Below are positions 41,972 through 49,900 of a DNA stretch of 58,714 nucleotides, one piece after another (position 1 is the first letter of the stretch; the number at the start of each line of letters is the position of its first letter). The stretch is from a virus. The position numbers and the translations under genes are program-made. A model generated the notes under the pieces. The model ran no database searches, was not told where the DNA came from, and saw only the letters and a program-made list of their open reading frames with translations. The stretch lies in IMG/VR virus record IMGVR_UViG_3300045391_004028. One strand, 5' to 3'.

Positions 41972-42241
41972 ATGCACTTCGTCGCCGTCCCGTACGAACT
42001 TCCCGCCGAAGACCTCGACTGCAAGGGCCTCGCCGAGCTGTACCGCGAGATGTGGCCCGCCGTGAACCAGGACGCCATCACGCTGTATGTCCAGGAAGGT
42101 CACACGCTCACCGGGCCGTGCACGCAGGTGGACGGGTTCGTGTCGGCCGACGACCAGAGCATCTACTACCAGACCGAGATCATCGCACCGGACGGGCGGC
42201 AGCTCGCGCTACTGACCTGGGACCGGTCGCACACCACCTGA
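41972..42241 (+). CDS. Hypothetical protein (89 aa)
   Basis: ATG after CAGGAGAGAGATC. Internal start of ORF-track 41879..42241. Confidence 0.65.
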   Translation: MHFVAVPYELPAEDLDCKGLAELYREMWPAVNQDAITLYVQEGHTLTGPCTQVDGFVSADDQSIYYQTEIIAPDGRQLALLTWDRSHTT

Positions 42242-42252
42242 GGAGAGAGATC

Positions 42253-42729
42253 GTGCAACGGTTCGACATCACGGACGAGACCATCGGTGCGCAGATCGGG
42301 CACAGCCTGTACGTACTCAATCTGCGCACCGCGCACGTCTTCGGCATCAGCACACCGGCAAAGATGGCCGACGTCGAAGAGATGCGGTCATGGCTCAAGG
42401 CCGCCATCGGTGGCGCCCTCGGCGAGGCACGCGGGATGACCGCCGCGCACAAGATCCTGAACGACCTCATCGACCCGTACGAGTCGATGGATGCCGCGTT
42501 CTGGACCACAGCCCTGGGTAAGGCCGTGGCCTGGTGGACCGGAGGTCCACTGGACCCGGACGGCGTGCCGCGCCCGATCGTGGCGGCGATCCTCGGCTGC
42601 TCCCGGCAGAACATCTTCACCCTCGTCAAGGAGGGCAAGCTTGCCGAGAAGTCGCCGGGCATGCTCACCCAGGAGAGCGTCCGGGCCGCGATGCGCCAGC
42701 GGCACCCGCACCAGATCAAGGAGGGCTGA
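42253..42729 (+). CDS. Hypothetical protein with C-terminal HTH (158 aa)
   Basis: GTG after GAGGAGAGAGATC. AAILGCSRQNIFTLVKEGKL is HTH-like. Confidence 0.6.
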   Translation: MQRFDITDETIGAQIGHSLYVLNLRTAHVFGISTPAKMADVEEMRSWLKAAIGGALGEARGMTAAHKILNDLIDPYESMDAAFWTTALGKAVAWWTGGPLDPDGVPRPIVAAILGCSRQNIFTLVKEGKLAEKSPGMLTQESVRAAMRQRHPHQIKEG

Positions 42730-42732
42730 TCG

Positions 42733-43017
42733 ATGCGTTCCCCAGAACACGAGGCCGCCGTCCGGCGCGCCGACGCGGCACGGCCGCTGTCCGAGCTGCC
42801 GAAGAACCCGACCACTGTCCAGTTGCTCCACCGGCTTCGCGAGCACCTGGAGTCGGCGGGCAACATGGTCGGCGCCGTCATGCTCACCCATCCCGAGGAC
42901 GCTCAACTGATCTCCGACCTGCACGACGTCATCGGCTCGATCGGCGCGGCACTCGGCATCCACGACGCGCTCCGGAACTCGCGCCAGACCGAGGAGGCCG
43001 GGAATGCCCAGTCCTGA
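42733..43017 (+). CDS. Hypothetical helical protein (94 aa), tandem paralog A
   Basis: ORF-track. SPEHEAAVRR...DLHDVIGSIGAAL aligns with the next gene. Confidence 0.65.
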   Translation: MRSPEHEAAVRRADAARPLSELPKNPTTVQLLHRLREHLESAGNMVGAVMLTHPEDAQLISDLHDVIGSIGAALGIHDALRNSRQTEEAGNAQS

Positions 43018-43459
43018 GAAGGAGGCGGCGTTCCGCCGCAACCGGGCCGAGCAGGTGCGGGCTGTCCGGCTCGCCACGCCGTGGCAACGCGACGTGCAAG
43101 CCCTGATCGAGCGCGCACGCTCACACATGGAGCAGGCCGCCAACATCGCCGCAGCCGCGATGCTCGACAGGCTGACCGACGACCAGGCCGTTGCCGACAT
43201 GCACAACGTGATCGGCTGCCTCGCCAGCGCACGGGACAGCCTGGAGCTGATCGGCAACGACCTCACCAAGGAGTGGCAGTACCACTCGGCGAAGTTCGGC
43301 GGGGACGTCTGGTTCGAGGCGGATGGCTCGCAGGGCGACGCCCCCGGCGACGAGCTGACGCCCGAGGCCGAGGCTCGCCGGATGGCGACCGACAAGGTCC
43401 GCTCGCGCTGGGTGGGCCCGTGGCACGAGGAGGAGGCGCGTCCCGATGGGCGTTCCTGA
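43004..43459 (+). CDS. Hypothetical helical protein (151 aa), tandem paralog B
   Basis: ORF-track. SPEKEAAFRR...DMHNVIGCLASAR. Confidence 0.65.
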   Translation: MPSPEKEAAFRRNRAEQVRAVRLATPWQRDVQALIERARSHMEQAANIAAAAMLDRLTDDQAVADMHNVIGCLASARDSLELIGNDLTKEWQYHSAKFGGDVWFEADGSQGDAPGDELTPEAEARRMATDKVRSRWVGPWHEEEARPDGRS

Positions 43460-44063
43460 CGTCATCGCGTACTTCGACGCATTCGAAGGTGACAACGAGT
43501 GGGCAGCCCTGTCGAACTTCTGGCAGGGCTCGCCCCTGCACCTGGGCCCGTACGCCTACGCCACCGGCGAGCACATGTTCCAGGCGCTGAAGGCGCGTAC
43601 GAAGGCCGACCACAACCAGGTGATGGCCAGCGCCACGCCTGCCGAGGCGAAGGCGTACGGCAAGCGCATGCTGCGCCTGCGCCCGGACTGGGAGCTGGTG
43701 AAGTTCGACGTGATGGCCCTGGTGCTCCGGCTCAAGTTCGCGCCGGGCCGCGAGGAGCACGGCTACCTGCTCGCGACGGGGGACTCCTACCTGGTGGAGG
43801 GCAACACCTGGGGCGATCGGGTGTGGGGCGTGGACCTGCGCGAGGGCCGCAAGCTGCTCTCCATCCAGCAGCGCTGCAAGCCCGAGGACGTCTCGCCGGG
43901 GGAGGCGTGGCGGTTCTCGCCGGGCCGCAACTGGCTGGGCCGCCTGCTCATGGCGCGCCGCGCCGAGCTGGTCTCCGGCGAGGACTTCACGCAGAGCACG
44001 AACGACCTGATCGAGTACGTGAAGTACCGGCCGGTGCAGCGGGACGGGGGCACCCGTGGCTGA
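43446..44063 (+). CDS. NADAR (YbiA/DUF1768) family ADP-ribose-processing hydrolase
   Basis: LSNFW, GEHMFQALKA, PAEAKAYGKR...RPDWELVKFDVM...LKF, LLATG..YLVEGN..GDRVWG and GRNWLGRLLM occur in the order of the YbiA/NADAR signature. Confidence 0.8.
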   Translation: MGVPDVIAYFDAFEGDNEWAALSNFWQGSPLHLGPYAYATGEHMFQALKARTKADHNQVMASATPAEAKAYGKRMLRLRPDWELVKFDVMALVLRLKFAPGREEHGYLLATGDSYLVEGNTWGDRVWGVDLREGRKLLSIQQRCKPEDVSPGEAWRFSPGRNWLGRLLMARRAELVSGEDFTQSTNDLIEYVKYRPVQRDGGTRG

Positions 44064-44367
44064 CCAGGGTCTCGAACGGCTGATGGAGGAAGCCATCCGC
44101 GCGATGGCTGTGCAGATCGGCGACCTGCGGGAGGAGGCTTTTGGCTGGCTGTTGACCATGCCGTCCGGCTGGCGCCTGTGCTGGCACGATCAGCAGGCCG
44201 TCATGGGCGTGCAGGGACCGGAGAGCTTCAGGGACGGCCGCGACAGCGCGCGGCTGGCGTGGCGCATCGAGTACCACTTCCTGGGTCCCGGCTCGCAGTG
44301 CTCGGCACCCGGCCCGAAGGAGCAGATCGAAGCACGGGATGGCCTACGCTTGCCGCATGGCGGATGA
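44056..44367 (+). CDS. Hypothetical protein (103 aa)
   Basis: ORF-track. 8-nt overlap with the NADAR gene. Confidence 0.6.
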   Translation: MADQGLERLMEEAIRAMAVQIGDLREEAFGWLLTMPSGWRLCWHDQQAVMGVQGPESFRDGRDSARLAWRIEYHFLGPGSQCSAPGPKEQIEARDGLRLPHGG

Positions 44368-44680
44368 GCTGGAAGTCCCTGCCGACGTGCTGGCGTACGC
44401 GCAGGCCCTCGCCGGACGTCTCGCGCTGGAGGACAACTGGACCCCGGGCGAGACGTTCGCAATCGACCTGACGCGCGCCAGCACCAGGAAGATCACGGAG
44501 TACTGGGTGCACGGCGCCGGGGCCGCGAAGATCAGATGGGGTGTCACCGGCTCCATGAAGCGGTGCATCCGGCACCTGCGCAAGCACGTCGTCGAGCCGG
44601 GCGGGCTCTGCGCCGAGTACCACCATATGGCCACCGGCGAGTGGCCCACCGAGCACGGAAAGGCGGGTATCCCTTCGTAG
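44339..44680 (+). CDS. Hypothetical protein with conserved phage C-terminal motif
   Basis: YWVHGAGAAKIRWG...RCIRHLRKHV..PGGLCAEYHH.ATGEWP is a motif I recall from actinophage head-module proteins. ATG at 44357 is an alternative start. Confidence 0.6.
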   Translation: MAYACRMADELEVPADVLAYAQALAGRLALEDNWTPGETFAIDLTRASTRKITEYWVHGAGAAKIRWGVTGSMKRCIRHLRKHVVEPGGLCAEYHHMATGEWPTEHGKAGIPS

Positions 44681-44693
44681 GGTGCCCGCCTTT
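44659..44693. terminator. Bidirectional terminator-like hairpin at the right end of the antisense island
   Basis: aaaggcggg..ccc ttcgta ggg..cccgccttt spans the stop codon at 44678-44680. Confidence 0.55.
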
Positions 44694-44716
44694 CGTCGCG
44701 CCTGAGGATCGGAGGG

Positions 44717-44887
44717 TCAGGCGCTGCTCGTAGCGTTCTGCGCGGTGACGCTCGCGGGCCGGACGTAGCCGTTGCGCTGCGCCGCCTCGGTGTTCGCCTG
44801 GGCGCGGGTCATCGGCTGGCTGACGGTGCTGTCGGCGTAGACCACCTCGAACTGGTCGGCCTTCACGCCCTCGCAACCACACGGCAT
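44717..44887 (-). CDS. Small hypothetical protein (56 aa)
   Basis: ATG 8 nt after GGAGG. MPCGCEGVKADQFEVVYADSTVSQPMTRAQANTEAAQRNGYVRPASVTAQNATSSA. Hand-translated. Confidence 0.55.
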   Translation of the reverse strand: MPCGCEGVKADQFEVVYADSTVSQPMTRAQANTEAAQRNGYVRPASVTAQNATSSA

Positions 44888-44899
44888 CTGGGGTACCTC

Positions 44900-46834
44900 C
44901 TACCGGAAAGCCTGGGCCGCCTGAAGCGCACGCTCGCGCGCGCCCGCGACGTCCAGGAGCTGGAACTCTCCCGCCAGCGTAGCCGCCACCTCGCGGGCCC
45001 GAGCTTCGCGCCGCTGGATGGCGTACAGCTCCCGAGCGATGTCCTCGGCCGAGTAGTCGCCGGAGTGCTGGCCACGCCACGACTCGGGGATCTTGTTCTC
45101 CGCGTTCAGCTCCTTGGCCCGCCGCATGATCAGCCGCCGCAGTGCCGCGCGGTGCTGCTCGGGCGCCCGCCCGTACGACTGGATGGCGTTCTCCAGGTCG
45201 CCGACGGACTCGATCGGGTACGAGCCGTCCGGCAGGGCGTGTCCCTTCTCGGCACTGGCCTTGCGCCCCTTCGTCGACAGATTCGCGTACTCCTCCAGCA
45301 CGCCCGCCGCGACGAGGGCATAGGACCGCCCAGCGGCTTCGTGGACGCGCGGAACGGGGAAGCCCGGGGTGTTGACCGCCAGGGCCGCCACAAGCTCCAT
45401 GGAGCCGCCTACGCGCCGCCAGTCGCCGGACAGCGGGTGCAGCGGCAGCGACGAGAACTTGTCCTCCTGGCCGTGGATCGCCGGGCCGGAGATCCAGATG
45501 CCGAATCGGTCTTCGCCCGCGCGCACGGCCGCGACCGCCGAACCGGCGTCGTCGTAGTGCTCGGCCGCCGCCTGGAAGCCCAGGCGGGTGTCCGCGTGCC
45601 CGCCGCCGAGCGTCACCTTGCCCACGGCCAGCGGGCCCTGGTCGGTCTGGACCTCGCCCACGTGGAAGTAGGCGTAGTTGGTCTTGGACCTGGGCGCGGT
45701 CACGCACCGGTCCTTGAACCCGATGTGGCAGCCCTTCCACGACGCCAGGTGACCGAACATGCGGCCGTTCTCGATCTTGATCGGGGTCAGCTCGGTGAGC
45801 TTCGGGTCCTCGAAGTCGGCCGCCCGGTACACCTGGCCGACCGTCGTCGCGGCGCTGGCTACCAGCGCCGCGCGCTCCCACGGCGGCGACGGCAGCCCGC
45901 ACCGCGCGGCCAGCTCGGTCAACTGCTCACGCATGGCCTGCTTCGTGCCCTCGTCCACGCTCAGCCGCTCCGGCGAGTAGGCGAGCACCGAGATGGCGTC
46001 GGCGACCGCGCCCGGCACGATCTGGAGCCGCCCGTCAACGACATCGGCGACCGGGAACAGGAAGCGGTCGCCCAGGTGGTACAGGGCCGCCCCCTCGCGA
46101 CGGCCGCGCGCCAGCCAGCCCAGCGGGTCCCATTCGGCATCGGCCGCCACGGTGAAGTCGTCGCCGTGACGGAACACACCGGACGCCACGATCGAGGTCT
46201 CGCCAGCGGCGTACTCCTCGGCGTCCACCTCTTCGATGGCGAACGGCCGGGCCTCGGCGAACGCCGGGATCTGCACGAGTGTGACCGCGCTGATCCGTCC
46301 CTTGGTGACCTCGATCTCCGGCCGCGTGTCAGCGGACAGCTCACCGACCTGGTCGCCCAGGGGGTGGAACTCCATGTCGTCCAGGTCCACAGACGGGCCG
46401 ATGACCCGCTTCGACATGAGGAGGTTGGCCTCGGCGACATCTTCAGCCAGTCGTGGAAGCTGCTCCGGGTCGGGGTCGAGCATGACCCCGTAGCCGTAGA
46501 CGCCGGGCCCGTGCCACTCGCCCCACCTCTGCGGATCGCCGTGGTCCTCAGAGAACACTCCGGCGCCATCCATCGTGGCCACGGTGACGGAGGTCTGGTG
46601 GCCCGACTCGTCGGCCCGCTGCCACTTGACCGGAAGCGGCAGGTCCCGCGTGCTGAGCGCGCCCATGGCGAAGCGCCGCTTGTCGCCGGTCGGCACACCG
46701 TACGGGGCGACGATGCCCGCCCAGCGCTTCACCTTCGTGCCGCGCGGGTCCGGGGACGTAACCGGGGCTTCCTCGTCCACGGTGAGGGCCGCGAACTCGT
46801 CGCCGCCGTTGCACCCGCAATCCTGCTCGGCCAT
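44900..46834 (-). CDS. Capsid maturation protease-like protein (two protease-like segments plus C-terminal DLxNAI motif region)
   Basis: LPLPVKWQRADESGH and GHLASWKGCHIGF...YAYFHVGEV...GGGHAD segments look like HK97-type prohead proteases. C-terminal PIESVGDLENAIQSYGRA. ATG at 46834 follows AGGAGG. Confidence 0.55.
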   Translation of the reverse strand: MAEQDCGCNGGDEFAALTVDEEAPVTSPDPRGTKVKRWAGIVAPYGVPTGDKRRFAMGALSTRDLPLPVKWQRADESGHQTSVTVATMDGAGVFSEDHGDPQRWGEWHGPGVYGYGVMLDPDPEQLPRLAEDVAEANLLMSKRVIGPSVDLDDMEFHPLGDQVGELSADTRPEIEVTKGRISAVTLVQIPAFAEARPFAIEEVDAEEYAAGETSIVASGVFRHGDDFTVAADAEWDPLGWLARGRREGAALYHLGDRFLFPVADVVDGRLQIVPGAVADAISVLAYSPERLSVDEGTKQAMREQLTELAARCGLPSPPWERAALVASAATTVGQVYRAADFEDPKLTELTPIKIENGRMFGHLASWKGCHIGFKDRCVTAPRSKTNYAYFHVGEVQTDQGPLAVGKVTLGGGHADTRLGFQAAAEHYDDAGSAVAAVRAGEDRFGIWISGPAIHGQEDKFSSLPLHPLSGDWRRVGGSMELVAALAVNTPGFPVPRVHEAAGRSYALVAAGVLEEYANLSTKGRKASAEKGHALPDGSYPIESVGDLENAIQSYGRAPEQHRAALRRLIMRRAKELNAENKIPESWRGQHSGDYSAEDIARELYAIQRREARAREVAATLAGEFQLLDVAGARERALQAAQAFR

Positions 46835-46998
46835 CACGCCTCCTGCCGCGCCGGGCGGCTCTCCGCCTGCCGCTCTGGTACAGGGTACGGCTCGACGGGC
46901 CGGTTCAGGATCTCGTCGATCTCGCCCGCGTCCAGCCCGCGCTCCTCGTCCTCGTCGTCGACAAGCTCCCAGCGGGGCTCGTTGTCTTCGATGCTCAC
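46834..46998 (-). CDS. Small highly acidic protein (54 aa) with WELVDDEDE motif, immediately downstream of the ART gene
   Basis: GTGA overlap with the ART stop and TGATG overlap with the protease start. VSIEDNEPRWELVDDEDEERGLDAGEIDEILNRPVEPYPVPERQAESRPARQEA. Confidence 0.55.
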   Translation of the reverse strand: MSIEDNEPRWELVDDEDEERGLDAGEIDEILNRPVEPYPVPERQAESRPARQEA

Positions 46999-49900
46999 TT
47001 CGGGGTCACCACCCTGACTCGTACGTGCGTCTGCCCGCCCTTCTCCTCGACGGAGAGGACACGGAACCTGGTGCCAGCCGCCAGGAGCATTTCGTTCTCG
47101 GAGGAGTACTGCGACTTGGCCTTGACGAACAGCGCATGCGTTCCGGCCGGGGCCTCGATCGTCAGCTTCACCGGGCCGTGGAAGCCCTGACCGCCCCCGG
47201 CAACCGTGGTGGACATGAACGCCTTGTCCTCGAAGGTCTTGCCGATGAGCTTCTTCAGGTTGTCGGCGCCCTGGAACTCCTTGGGCACGAAATTCCAGCC
47301 GGTCCCCCGGTTGAGCAGATGATCACTCTGGAGCGGCATCATGGCGTCCTGGATCATCAGGACGTCCTTCTTCGTCTGCTCGCTGGCCTTGAACGGCGGA
47401 TACAGGTTGCCGCTGGAGTCCTTGCCGCGCAGGTACGCGTTCATCTGCGTGTACGCGTTGCCGGTGTAGCGAGTAACGGCCTTCCAGTGCCCGGCCGAGA
47501 GCACCTTGCCGTTGTTGAACAGGTAGTCGTCCAGCTCCTTCTGGGCCTGCTGTGGCGTGTGCGGGTGGAAGTCGGTCGCTGGCTTGTTCGGGTCGTACTT
47601 GCCGGGGCCGGGCTTGGTCTGGATGAGCTGGCCAGCCTTGAGACCGGGCAGCTTCGGCGGCGGTGCCGTGTACCCGGCCAGGCTGTTGACCTTCGCTGGG
47701 CTGACTACGTGGTTCTTTACGTAGGCGGCACCGGCTGGCGTGGCCATCCAGTCCTTGATCTTGTTCTCCAGCATGTTCGCGTTCGGCACGCCCAGGTTGT
47801 TCGCGATCTGGGAGTCGACGGTCTGCATGATGTCGGCCACGGAGAGGTTCTTCGGAAAGCCCGCCTTGCCCGCCAGCGCCGAGGCCGTCGCGGTCAGGTT
47901 GTCCCACTTCTCGGAGTCGTCGGCGGACATGTAGGCGCCCGCGCCGAAGCTCTTGTAGGCCGAGTGGATGGTGAGCATCTGCGCACTGTCGAGCTTGTGC
48001 GACCCGGTGAGCTTGGCGGCCGTGGGGCCGCTCGGCGCCGCCTTCTTCGCCGCCGTCTTCACGGCCGCCGGTGCGCTGTGCGTCGAGCCGCCGCCCGCGC
48101 CAGCCGGGGAGCCGCCGCCGTTCAGGTCCAGGTAGTCCTTGATCTGGGCGAGCAGGTGGCTGGACTTCCACGACTCGACGATCGGCGAGTCCGGGGCCCA
48201 CCCGTTCGCCGCTACCTGCTTGGCGGCCTCCTCGGCGGTGTTCTTGGCCATCTTCGGCAGCTCGGCCGCCAGGCCGCCCGGCGTGGTGTCGCCGTTCTTC
48301 AGGGCCTTCATGTAGTCGGCCTTGAGGGCGTCCGAGATCTTCATCAGCGTCTCGCCGCCGGTCCAGTTCTCGTCGACTCCGCTCAGGCCAGCGGTCGTGA
48401 TGATGTGGTGCGCGAATGCCTTGTTCGAGAGCTGGTTCACCACGGTCGTTTCCCCGCCGGGTACGAACGCGTCCAGCGACGACGGAGCGGGCAGGCCCGC
48501 GTGCTCGTAGAGCTTCGCGATCTGCGCGTCCGTGGGGCCGCCGCCCAGCGGGTCGATCTTGTTCTTCTCGTGCCACGCGTCAATGGCGTCCATGACGCCC
48601 TGGAGCCCGCTCTCCTTCGTCGAGTCGTGCTTGAGCGCCTTCTCGTGCAGCGCCTCCAGCGCATCGAGTACCGGCGTCGGCTCGCCGTCCTGAAGGATCG
48701 CAGACTTGATCTCGGCGGTCAGCGGGTCGAGGACGTGCTTCTTCTCCGCCTCGTCGGCGTTCGTGACGTCGAGCTTGTCCAGCAGGTCGTTCGTCAGCGC
48801 CTCGGCGAAGATCTTGGAGGTGCTGTTTCCGAAGCCGGTGCCGTGCTGCTTGGTATTGAGGATCTTGTCGGCGAGCTGGGCCTTCCAGGTCGGATCGGCT
48901 GACGTCTTCGGGTCCAACCAGGAGTTGATCTGGAGGATCTTGTCGGCGCCCGCGTTCGCCGCCGCCTGCTCCACGCTCGTCGGCGCCGGTGCACCCAGGT
49001 CGGTGCTCGGTGCCGTGGTGTCGGCCGCCCCGCCGGAACCCGCGCCGCCGCCGGTCGCCAGGCCCAGCTTGGCCTTGACCGCGTTGACCTGCTCCTTCTT
49101 CTTCGGGTCGAGGAACTTGTCATGGATCTTGTCCAGGTCGGCCAGGATCAGCTTCTGGCTCGACGGGCTGAGCGACTGGAACTCCTCCGGCGTCAGCTTC
49201 TCGTACGCGGCCAGCTTCTGCTTTGCCGTGCCGGTCTTCGAGCCCATCGCGTAGCCTGCGGCGTCGGCCGCCGCCGGGGACAGCCCGGGACCAGCGCCGA
49301 CCTGCTCCACCTTCGAGACGTTCTCGGGCAGGCTCGCGGTCGGGCCCGGCTCCGGGATGCCCGGCTTCGGGGCAGGCGCCGGGGTGGGCTCGTCGGCGGG
49401 CGGTGGGACGATGCCGAACTTCTCCGCGAGCTTGACCGCCTTCGGGTCGCCGCTCTCGGCGTAGAACTTCACCTGGGCTTGCACCGAGTTGTGCAGGTCG
49501 GAGGGCAGGTTCTGGTACTCGGCGACGCCCATCTTGCCGAACTCGTCCATCACCTCGTCCACCGGCATGAACGGGTTGGATACCGCCTGACCGGCCGCGA
49601 TCTGCGCCGGGGACAGGTCGGTTTTCCCGCTCGTGGAGCCGGTGAGGAAGGCAAGGATGCCCTTGGCCGGACCGTTCGGGTCGTCGTCGTGCATCTTCTT
49701 CAGGTCGGCCAGGAGCGCGTGCTGCTGGTCCGGGGGGAGCGCCAGGAACGCCTTCGGGTCCACGCTGCCGTACAGGAGGGCCTTGTCCGTCGCCCCCAGC
49801 GGAACGGGCGCCTGGCCCATCGCCGCCTTCCCGGCCGCCTGGGCGGCAAGCTGGGCGGCCTGCTCCGGCGTCGGCGGCGTGTTCGGCGTCAGCGGCTCGT

